DNA of 64,000 nucleotides, taken from positions 18,290,001-18,354,000 of the forward strand of contig OZ059895.1 in assembly GCA_964057225.1 (NCBI GenBank). The letters run 5' to 3'. The DNA is from Auanema rhodensis (taxonomy: Eukaryota > Animalia > Nematoda). Within the stretch, counting starts at the first letter, position 1. Every line of letters starts with the position of its first letter. Below the pieces are notes generated by a model. The model was not told where the DNA came from, did no database searches, and was given only the letters and a program-made list of their open reading frames with translations. Shown one piece after another: positions 1 to 9,059 of this stretch. The translations under genes were made by a program, and so were the position numbers.

Positions 1-256
1 TTTCAAATAGATATATCAGAAATGATGTTAGAAGAATGATATTTAGAGATAAATTCGAATTACTAGATTAAATTGAAGTTTTTGTTTTAGATACAAAATT
101 GACTTGAAAGTTTGAAATATTAAATTAAATTAGAATTTTGGATATGAAATCAAGATAAATTTTTAGAGTAGAAATAGATTTCAAAGAAAGAGAAAGTAAT
201 TTAAAGGTGAGAAAAGTAGCGGCAATGGTCCATAGAGATTCGTCCCTTATAGACGA

Positions 257-274
257 ATCTCGGTGGAACCTCCA
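257..274 (-). promoter_or_regulatory. Primer-binding site complementary to the tRNA-Gln 3' end, copy 1
   Basis: Minus strand TGGAGGTTCCACCGAGAT. The + strand ATCTCGGTGGAACCT-CCA matches the metazoan tRNA-Gln 3' end plus CCA as I recall it. Confidence 0.85.
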
Positions 275-613
275 CGTTCCATATTGGTTCCTAGGGTTCC
301 GGCTAGGTAACCATATGGACTTTAATAGTGTGAATGCCATTGTAAAAGTAACAGAGAGTAGAGAAAAAGAAGTTTATTCAGAATATGGAAATACAATTAT
401 AAAAGCAAAATACAATAATCAAATAAATGAAACTACATGTTATGAGAAAGCCAACCTAGTTGCTTTCTCAGGGGTTTATATAGCAAAATATTAATTACAA
501 ATATAATTGAATTTATACCAAAAGTAGTTCAGGTCTAGTTTCTTATTGAATTCTATTAACCAAAAGTCGGTTGACGTTGTCAACCGCCTTCTTTATAAGA
601 CACGTATGGAACA
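275..613 (-). repeat. LTR-A, copy 1 (339 bp)
   Basis: Same as 9060-9398. Minus strand reads TGTTCCAT...ATGGAACG and is directly followed by the PBS. Confidence 0.85.
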
Positions 614-694
614 AGGTAAAACCAAGTGCATTATGACGCTTGAAGCATTTTCCAATGTCGTCATTTTCTACATTTTCAAAACAAAAAAGATTTC

Positions 695-766
695 TGGAGA
701 TATGGGGAATTGAACCCCAGCCCTCTCCCATGCGAAGGGAGCGCTCTACCTTTGAGCTATATCCCC
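695..766 (-). tRNA. tRNA-Ala(CGC), first copy, D-loop variant (CTCAAAGGTAG)
   Basis: GGGGATATAGCTCAAAGGTAGAGCGCTCCCTT-CGC-ATGGGAGAGGGCTGGGGTTCAATTCCCCATATCTCCA. Folds as a cloverleaf with G3:U70 and A73. Confidence 0.9.
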
Positions 767-915
767 ACACATGTACGTGTTTCAAGTTCTTTATTCAAAC
801 CTACAGTACTTCGAGACTATAAATGAAAAATTGGAGGTAAAACCAAGTGCATTATGACGCTTGAAGCATTTTCCAATGTCGTCATTTTCTACATTTTCAA
901 AACAAAAAAGATTTC

Positions 916-987
916 TGGAGATATGGGGAATTGAACCCCAGCCCTCTCCCATGCTAAGGGAGCGCTCTACCACTGAGCTATATCCCC
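916..987 (-). tRNA. tRNA-Ala(AGC), representative of ~176 copies
   Basis: GGGGATATAGCTCAGTGGTAGAGCGCTCCCTT-AGC-ATGGGAGAGGGCTGGGGTTCAATTCCCCATATCTCCA. Acceptor GGGGATA/TATCTCC, anticodon stem CTCCC/GGGAG, T stem TGGGG/CCCCA, A box TAGCTCAGTGG, B box GGTTCAATTCC. CCA is not encoded. Confidence 0.97.
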
Positions 988-1911
988 ACACATGTACGTG
1001 TTTCCAGTTCTTTATTGAAACCTACAGTACTTCGAGACTATAAATGAAATATTGGAGGTAAAACTAAGTGCTGTCTACGTTGTTTCAATTGAAAATCAAT
1101 GGGATACTTTCTGTATTATGACGCTTGAAGCATTTTCCAATGTGGTAGTCTTCTACATTTTCAAAACAAAAAGGATTTCTGGAGATATGGGGAATTGAAC
1201 CCCAGCCCTCTCCCATGCGAAGGGAGCGCTCTACCTTTGAGCTATATCCCCACACATGTACGTGTTTCAAGTTCTTTATTCAAACCTACAGTACTTCGAG
1301 ACTATAAATGAAAAATTGGAGGTAAAACCAAGTGCATTATGACGCTTGAAGCATTTTCCAATGTCGTCATTTTCTACATTTTCAAAACAAAAAAGATTTC
1401 TGGAGATATGGGGAATTGAACCCCAGCCCTCTCCCATGCTAAGGGAGCGCTCTACCACTGAGCTATATCCCCACACATGTACGTGTTTCCAGTTCTTTAT
1501 TGAAACCTACAGTACTTCGAGACTATAAATGAAATATTGGAGGTAAAACTAAGTGCTGTCTACGTTGTTTCAATTGAAAATCAATGGGATACTTTCTGTA
1601 TTATGACGCTTGAAGCATTTTCCAATGTGGTAGTCTTCTACATTTTCAAAACAAAAAAGATTTCTGGAGATATGGGGAATTGAACCCCAGCCCTCTCCCA
1701 TGCTAAGGGAGCGCTCTACCACTGAGCTATATCCCCACACATGTACGTGTTTCCAGTTCTTTATTGAAACCTACAGTACTTCGAGACTATAAATGAAATA
1801 TTGGAGGTAAAACCAAGTGCTGTCTACGTTGTTTCAATTGAAAATCAATGGGATACTTTCTGTATTATGACTCTTGAAGCATTTCTTAATGTCATTATCT
1901 TCTACATTTTC

Positions 1912-1921
1912 AAAACAAAAA
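1912..1921 (-). terminator. RNA polymerase III oligo-dT terminator (present in every unit)
   Basis: Minus strand TTTTTGTTTT begins 7 nt after the discriminator base. Some units have T6 or longer. Confidence 0.85.
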
Positions 1922-1928
1922 GGATTTC

Positions 1929-2000
1929 TGGAGATATGGGGAATTGAACCCCAGCCCTCTCCCATGCGAAGGGAGCGCTCTACCACTGAGCTATATCCCC
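1929..2000 (-). tRNA. tRNA-Ala(CGC), representative of ~51 copies
   Basis: Identical to the AGC gene except position 34 (+ strand catgcgaag versus catgctaag). Confidence 0.93.
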
Positions 2001-5000
2001 ACACATGTACGTGTTTCAAGTTGTTTATTCAAACCTACAGTACCTCGAGACTATAAATGAAATATTGGAGGTAAAACCAAGTGCTGTCTACGTTGTTTCA
2101 ATTGAAAATCAATAGAATACTCTCTGTATTATGACTCTTGAAGCATTTCTTAATGTCATTATCTTCTACATTTTCAAAACAAAAAGGATTTCTGGAGATA
2201 TGGGGAATTGAACCCCAGCCCTCTCCCATGCTAAGGGAGCGCTCTACCACTGAGCTATATCCCCACACATGTACGTGTTTCCAGTTCTTTATTGAAACCT
2301 ACAGTACTTCGAGACTATAAATGAAATATTGGAGGTAAAACTAAGTGCTGTCTACGTTGTTTCAATTGAAAATCAATGGGATACTTTCTGTATTATGACG
2401 CTTGAAGCATTTTCCAATGTGGTAGTCTTCTACATTTTCAAAACAAAAAGGATTTCTGGAGATATGGGGAATTGAACCCCAGACCTCTCCCATGCGAAGG
2501 GAGCGCTCTACCACTGAGCTATATCCCCACACATGTACGTGTTTCAAGTTGTTTATTCAAACCTACAGTACCTCGAGACTATAAATGAAGTATTGGAGGT
2601 GAAACCAAGTGCTGTCTACGTTGTTTCAATTGAAAATCAATAGAATACTCTCTGTATTATGACTCTTGAAGCATTTCTTAATGTCATTATCTTCTACATT
2701 TTCAAAACAAAAAGGATTTCTGGAGATATGGGGAATTGAACCCCAGCCCTCTCCCATGCGAAGGGAGCGCTCTACCACTGAGCTATATCCCCACACATGT
2801 ACGTGTTTCAAGTTCTTTATTCAAACCTACAGTACTTCGAGACTATAAATGAAATATTGGAGGTAAAACCAAGTGCTGTCTACGTTGTTTCAACTGAAAA
2901 TCAATAGAATACTCTCTGTATTATGACTCTTGAAGCATTTCTTAATGTCATTATCTTCTACATTTTCAAAACAAAAAGGATTTCTGGAGATATGGGGAAT
3001 TGAACCCCAGCCCTCTCCCATGCGAAGGGAGCGCTCTACCACTGAGCTATATCCCCACACATGTACGTGTTTCAAGTTCTTTATTCAAACCTACAGTACT
3101 TCGAGACTATAAATGAAATATTGGAGGTGAAACCAAGTGCTGTCTACGTTATTTCAGATAGAAAATAATAGAATAATCTCTGTATTATGACTCTTGAAGC
3201 ATTTCTTAATGTCATTATCTTCTACATTTTCAAAACAAAAAGGATTTCTGGAGATATGGGGAATTGAACCCCAGCCCTCTCCCATGCGAAGGGAGCGCTC
3301 TACCACTGAGCTATATCCCCACACATGTACGTGTTTCAAGTTCTTTATTCAAACCTACAGTACTTCGAGACTATAAATGAAATATTGGAGGTAAAACCAA
3401 GTGCTGTCTACGTTGTTTCAACTGAAAATCAATAGAATACTCTCTGTATTATGACTCTTGAAGCATTTCTTAATGTCATTATCTTCTACATTTTCAAAAC
3501 AAAAAGGATTTCTGGAGATATGGGGAATTGAACCCCAGCCCTCTCCCATGCTAAGGGAGCGCTCTACCACTGAGCTATATCCCCACACATGTACGTGTTT
3601 CAAGTTGTTTATTCAAACCTACAGTACCTCGAGACTATAAATGAAAAATTGGAGGTAAAACCAAGTGCTGTCTACGTTGTTTCAATTGAAAATCAATAGA
3701 ATACTTTCTGTATTATGACTCTTGAAGCATTTCTTAATGTCATTATCTTCTACATATCCAAAACAAAAAGGATTTCTGGAGATATGGGGAATTGAACCCC
3801 AGACCTCTCCCATGCGAAGGGAGCGCTCTACCACTGAGCTATATCCCTACACATGTACGTGTTTCAAGTTCTTTATTCAAACCTACAGTACTTCGAGACT
3901 ATAAATGAAATATTGGAGGTGAAACCAAGTGCTGTCTACGTTATTTCAGATAGAAAATAATAGAATAATCTCTGTATTATGACGCTTGAAGCATATTCCA
4001 ATGTCGTCATTTTCTACATTTTCAAAACAAAAAAGATTTCTGGAGATATGGGGAATTGAACCCCAGCCCTCTCCCATGCTAAGGGAGCGCTCTACCACTG
4101 AGCTATATCCCCACACATGTACGTGTTTCCAGTTCTTTATTGAAACCTACAGTACTTCGAGACTATAAATGAAATATTGGAGGTAAAACTAACTGCTGTC
4201 TACGTTGTTTCAATTGAAAATCAATGGGATACTTTCTGTATTATGACGCTTGAAGCATTTTCCAATGTGGTAGTCTTCTACATTTTCAAAACAAAAAGGA
4301 TTTCTGGAGATATGGGGAATTGAACCCCAGCCCTCTCCCATGCTAAGGGAGCGCTCTACCACTGAGCTATATCCCCACACATGTACGTGTTTCCAGTTCT
4401 TTATTGAAACCTACAGTACTTCGAGACTATAAATGAAATATTGGAGGTAAAACTAACTGCTGTCTACGTTGTTTCAATTGAAAATCAATGGGATACTTTC
4501 TGTATTATGACGCTTGAAGCATTTTCCAATGTGGTAGTCTTCTACATTTTCAAAACAAAAAGGATTTCTGGAGATATGGGGAATTGAACCCCAGCCCTCT
4601 CCCATGCTAAGGGAGCGCTCTACCACTGAGCTATATCCCCACACATGTACGTGTTTCCAGTTCTTTATTGAAACCTACAGTACTTCGAGACTATAAATGA
4701 AATATTGGAGGTGAAACCAAGTGCTGTCTACGTTGTTTCATATAAAAATCAATGTAATACTTTCTGTATTATGACTCTTGAAGCATTTCTTAATGTCATT
4801 ATCTTCTACATTTTTAAAACAAAAAGGATTTCTGGAGATATGGGGAATTGAACCCCAGCCCTCTCCCATGCTAAGGGAGCGCTCTACCACTGAGCTATAT
4901 CCCCACACATGTACGTGTTTCAAGTTCTTTATTCAAACCTTCAGTACTTCGAGACTATAAATGAAATATTGGAGGTGAAACCAAGTGCTGTCTACGTTGT

Positions 5001-5624
5001 TTCATATAAAAATCAATGTAATACTTTCTGTATTATGACTCTTGAAGCATTTCTTAATGTCATTATCTTCTACATTTTCAAAACAAAAAGGATTTCTGGA
5101 GATATGGGGAATTGAACCCCAGACCTCTCCCATGCGAAGGGAGCGCTCTACCACTGAGCTATATCCCCACACATGTACGTGTTTCAATTTCTTTATTCAA
5201 ACCTACAGTACCTCGAGACTATAAATGAAATATTGGAGGTGAAACCAAGTGCTGTCTACGTTGTTTCAATTGAAAATCAATGGGATACTTTCTGTATTAT
5301 GACTCTTGAAGCATTTCTTAATGTCATTATCTTCTACATTTTCAAAACAAAAAGGATTTCTGGAGATATGGGGAATTGAACCCCAGCCCTCTCCCATGCT
5401 AAGGGAGCGCTCTACCACTGAGCTATATCCCCACACATGTACGTGTTTCAAGTTCTTTATTCAAACCTTCAGTACTTCGAGACTATAAATGAAATATTGG
5501 AGGTGAAACCAAGTGCTGTCTACGTTATTTCAGATAGAAAATAATAGAATAATCTCTGTATTATGACGCTTGAAGCATTTTCCAATGTCGTCATTTTCTA
5601 CATTTTCAAAACAAAAAAGATTTC

Positions 5625-5696
5625 TGGAGATATGGGGAATTGAACCCCAGCCCTCTCCCATGCTAAGGGAGCGCTCTACCACTGAGCTATATCCCC
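5625..5696 (-). tRNA. tRNA-Ala(AGC) immediately downstream of the LTR element
   Basis: Canonical copy. Its 5' end (5696) lies 69-72 bp from the TSD at 5765-5768. Confidence 0.95.
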
Positions 5697-5764
5697 ACAC
5701 ATGTACGTGTTTCTAGTTCTTTATTGAAACCTACAGTACTTCGAGACTATAAATGAAAAATTGG

Positions 5765-5768
5765 AGGT
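5765..5768. repeat. 4-bp target-site duplication AGGT (partner at 9399-9402)
   Basis: Removing 5769-9402 restores aaatgaaaaattggAGGTaaaaccaagtgcattatg, which occurs uninterrupted at about 821-856. Confidence 0.85.
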
Positions 5769-6177
5769 CGTTCCATGGTGGTTCCCCAGGGTTCCGGCTG
5801 GGTAACCACATGGAATTATTTTCTTTTCTTCCAAATATAAATGATAAAGAGTATAGAGAGAAAGGTTTATTCATGATAAAGTATACAAATTACAATAATA
5901 AAAGTTACATAATGATTCCTAGTCGCAGCCCAAAGGACTCGTAAGGAAACCTTATATAGTATTCCTTACGAGCATAAAAAGTGGTTATATCAGGTCCGCG
6001 GAACTTGGTTCCGCTTGAATTGGGCTTTCTTTAATTAAACTTAATATGAAAAAGTGTTCGTTCATTGTTGCATTGAATTCCTGTTTCTCAAATGTAGCGT
6101 CAGCTATTTGTTTTTATAATGTTCCGTTTTATAAGCGATTGACGTTGTCAATCGCTCTACTTATAGGACACGTATGG
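5769..6177 (-). repeat. LTR-B: 3' LTR-like segment (409 bp), divergent from LTR-A and missing the first 4 nt (TGTT)
   Basis: Shares with LTR-A the ends (CCATACGTGTC.TATAA... and ...ATGGAACG), CTATATAA (5952-5959), AATAAA (5866-5871) and the terminal hairpins. The interior does not align by eye. Confidence 0.8.
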
Positions 6178-7933
6178 CTCCTCGTTTGCCAATGCAGAGT
6201 TGATAGGTGTTATCTGCCTGGCAAGGTATCATAGATAGGGCGATGACGGATAAGAATAGCGGTATGAACGGAAGTGTCTTCTTTGTTTTGACTGTTCCCT
6301 TTTCTACTTTGTTAACGTGAAAACGGACGCTGGGGCTTCTTGTGCGATCTCTGTGCCTGTTATGTGGTCCATATGAAGTGCTGCGATTTCGTTGTTGAAA
6401 TCCGCGATCAGGACAGTTTCCGCGGTTGTATCGGTCGTTTCCTCTGTGCTCCTGTCGATCGTTCCTTCTGCTATCATATCGATCGTTTCCTCTGCTGTTG
6501 TATCGATCATTGTATCTATCGTACCGTTGGGGGCTACGATAATTGTTGTATCCTCGTTGATATCCATTGTTTCTGTTATCCTGTCTGAAGTTGTGACGGT
6601 TATTTTGTCGATCCTCTTGGTATCTTGGTGAGCGGTATCCTCCTCTTCTTTGATTCCATTGCTCTTGTGGTTGTTGTGGTCTTGATTGATTTCCATAGAA
6701 TGTTATTGATTGGTGTGTTTGTGATCCGTCATAGATTTTCTCCTGTTGTGATGCTCTCATGTGGTTTATGAGACCATTATTAATCTCTAGTTGTTCCACG
6801 TCTTTAATCAAGTTGTTGACCAAGAGCGAAGGATCCTCGTCAGCTTCCACAGTTTCGGCAATAGTCACGGCTGCATCAAAGGTGATAGGGCTGCGGTTAT
6901 TGACATGTGTTCTTAAAGTCTTTCGTAGTCCTCCTAAGAATGAAACTCGTAGTATTCTTTCATCGGCTGTCGAGTCCATGTTGCATGATTCATAGGCAAG
7001 GTTTCTGCAGCGTTGAGCGAAATTTTGTACCGTTTCGTGCTCTCCTTGTTTCAAATGAGTGAGTTTTGTGAATGCTGCATCTCTCTTTTCTGGAGGTTGT
7101 AATTTCTCCGATAGTATGCGTTTGACGTGGTTCCATCCCTGGCGTAAGTCTTCTGCTGGTATAGTTCGAAGAGCTTCAGCGGCTCTATCCGTTCCGAGAA
7201 GTAGATAGAGATGGGAAAGTCTCTCGGCAATAGGGACTTGAAGGGCATCGAAATATCCTTCTAGTCTTTGCATGTAGAGGTTGAATGGAACCGATCCATC
7301 ATAAAGCGTAGGTTTGTGATGGCGAATAGAAACGTTGTGGGCTCTTGCAATAGGAGAGTTGTCTTGCTCCATCTGCTCTGCCATTTGAGGGCGACTTCTC
7401 TGCTCTGTAACATTCGAAGTCAAATTTACGTTATTGTCTGACGAAGAAGAGACAGGAGACAGAGAGTGCCCGTGCAAAGATTGATCAGTGGAAGAGGGAG
7501 AGTTTCTAGGAATAGGAGAGGTGAGGATTTCCGCATTTGCGGTTTGAACAAGGCGTTGAGGAGAAGTGTGATTTGGAGGACAAGTGTTAGTGCCGGTATT
7601 AACAACTGTTTTTGGAGAGTGAGAAGAGCGTTTGGGCGTAGATTTACTGGATGATGTTTTATTCTTATTCAAGCTAATTGCATGCCTAGTAGTTTTAATA
7701 GCAGTAGTATAAAGTTTCTTAGCAGTTAGCGGTGTACCCGGAATAGGGGGTAATTTCTTTGATTTCGCGTTCGTTTTCGGATATTTCGCATCTGGTCGGA
7801 ATGCATCCGGTGGTCCTCTTTTTCTTTGGTTTCTATGCAGTGCTGCTTCCACTGTCTGAGTTTTCTCTGCGCTATTCGTAGCATTTTGGGCAATATTTCC
7901 CGGCGGAGGATTTTGATTCGCTGCGTCAGCCAT
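6161..7933 (-). CDS. gag: Retrotransposon Gag (Ty3/gypsy-type capsid), 590 aa, with a hydrophobic C-terminal segment; stop codon lies inside LTR-B
   Basis: The capsid-like region PTLYDGSVPFNLYMQRLEGYF...LKQGEHETVQNFAQRCRNLA...FLGGL...PITFDAAVTIAETVE contains the major-homology-like QxxxEtVxxFxxR motif. It is followed by an R/N/D/Y-rich basic tail with no CCHC knuckle. The ORF lies downstream of a PBS. Confidence 0.85.
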   Translation of the reverse strand: MADAANQNPPPGNIAQNATNSAEKTQTVEAALHRNQRKRGPPDAFRPDAKYPKTNAKSKKLPPIPGTPLTAKKLYTTAIKTTRHAISLNKNKTSSSKSTPKRSSHSPKTVVNTGTNTCPPNHTSPQRLVQTANAEILTSPIPRNSPSSTDQSLHGHSLSPVSSSSDNNVNLTSNVTEQRSRPQMAEQMEQDNSPIARAHNVSIRHHKPTLYDGSVPFNLYMQRLEGYFDALQVPIAERLSHLYLLLGTDRAAEALRTIPAEDLRQGWNHVKRILSEKLQPPEKRDAAFTKLTHLKQGEHETVQNFAQRCRNLAYESCNMDSTADERILRVSFLGGLRKTLRTHVNNRSPITFDAAVTIAETVEADEDPSLLVNNLIKDVEQLEINNGLINHMRASQQEKIYDGSQTHQSITFYGNQSRPQQPQEQWNQRRGGYRSPRYQEDRQNNRHNFRQDNRNNGYQRGYNNYRSPQRYDRYNDRYNSRGNDRYDSRRNDRQEHRGNDRYNRGNCPDRGFQQRNRSTSYGPHNRHRDRTRSPSVRFHVNKVEKGTVKTKKTLPFIPLFLSVIALSMIPCQADNTYQLCIGKRGAIRVL

Positions 7934-8507
7934 CTTTGTTGGTTTCCTGGAAGGAAATTATTAACCAACAAAGACTGAGCTTATATTATACAAAACGTAA
8001 GAGACAATATGGGGTTGGTATGCGCGACTCCTGTTCCTGTCAGGGGGCCAGCCTGCAGCGGGTCTCTAGTCGGAGAATAGCCTGGTCAGGTTCATACACG
8101 AGTCCGCAACTACGTGTGACCTTTAGTAAAGGACCAAGTTCTTATCTCTCGAAGAGGCATGAGATATGAGACAGTGGTCTGTGTATTGCTCCTTTTCAGT
8201 CATGGACAAGATCAGGTACACAGGCTTCTCATACTCACTTTTCCAGACTTCTCTTACCTAAGCAAACCCCCAAAAGACGTTCCCTTTTAACGTTACTTCT
8301 GTTCCCCTGGGTCTTGCTAGGTGGGACCACTCAACTTCAAAATATTCTTTAATTCTCATATGGGACCAAAAAGGGTTAATTTCAAATGATTGCGCGTCTT
8401 ATATCAAAAAGTGTACGCCTCCGCGCGATGTCCCGAGAATGTCTGGTATTGTTTCTTACGGGGCTTTCTCATAAAAATGCGTTAGATATCAAGAATAGTG
8501 GTTTTGT

Positions 8508-8655
8508 TTATGAATCAATGTTTTCAGAATGATTTATGAATAGATTTTCAAAATTAGCTTGTGATAAGAAGTTTTCAAGATGACTTATGGGTAAGTGTTG
8601 CAATATGAATAAATGTCTTTAAGATATTTCATGAATTGATAGTTTTTAATATTAT
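8508..8655. repeat. Degenerate ~25-bp tandem repeat in the element leader
   Basis: About 6 loose copies of ttatgaat(N4-5)gttttcaagatga, for example ttatgaatcaatgttttcagaatgat, ttatgaatagattttcaaaattagc and ttgtgataagaagttttcaagatgac. Confidence 0.5.
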
Positions 8656-9041
8656 TCGTGGTTAAATATTTTAATATGCTTGTTCCAAAAAGAGTTTTTA
8701 TGCATTATATGCTTTTAACATACAGGAAAGTAGAGGAATAAAGTAGGAATATAGATTGTAATAGATAATATGTATAAGACATTTTTTTCAAATAGATATA
8801 TCAGAAATGATGTTAGAAGAATGATATTTAGAGATAAATTCGAATTACTAGATTAAATTGAAGTTTTTGTTTTAGATACAAAATTGACTTGAAAGTTTGA
8901 AATATTAAATTAAATTAGAATTTTGGATATGAAATCAAGATAAATTTTTAGAGTAGAAATAGATTTCAAAGAAAGAGAAAGTAATTTAAAGGTGAGAAAA
9001 GTAGCGGCAATGGTCCATAGAGATTCGTCCCTTATAGACGA

Positions 9042-9059
9042 ATCTCGGTGGAACCTCCA
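9042..9059 (-). promoter_or_regulatory. Primer-binding site, tRNA-Gln
   Basis: TGGAGGTTCCACCGAGAT(TCG) directly follows the LTR-A end. It has 18-21 nt of complementarity to ...CGAAUCUCGGUGGAACCUCCA. Confidence 0.88.

Larger units (their letters stand above)
1..613 (-). mobile_element. 5' end (leader, PBS, LTR-A) of a second copy of the gypsy-like LTR element, truncated by the window start
   Basis: Matches 8786-9398 at offset 8785. Ends in ...ATGGAACA followed by AGGT (614-617) and array sequence. Confidence 0.9.
614..5768 (-). repeat. tRNA-Ala tandem array, block 1: 20 units (264 bp, three shortened to 221 bp)
   Basis: tRNA 3' ends at 695, 916, 1180, 1401, then every 264 bp to 5625. 9 copies have anticodon CGC and 11 have AGC. 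Confidence 0.97.

Noticed and set aside
125-494. 71-aa and 95-aa ORFs across the PBS/LTR-A (repeated at 8910-9279)
   Set aside because: They span cis-acting LTR and PBS sequence and have no recognisable domain.
5769-6177. LTR divergence interpreted as great insertion age
   Set aside because: The gag ORF, PBS, TSD and flanks are undecayed, and the LTR differences are compensatory in hairpins. This points to two lineages, not neutral decay.
6178-6190. Polypurine tract (minus strand GGCAAACGAGGAG)
   Set aside because: It is short, interrupted and in coding frame, and the adjacent LTR lacks its TGTT start. A deletion junction explains it better.
6046-8169. Short ORFs overlapping gag or its leader (for example 6304-6696, 6392-6631, 7936-8169)
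   Set aside because: They are alternate-frame or antisense shadows of low-complexity gag sequence, with no independent support.
9039-9059. tRNA-Gln gene on the + strand
   Set aside because: Only the 3' 21 nt including CCA are present, abutting an LTR. This is a PBS.
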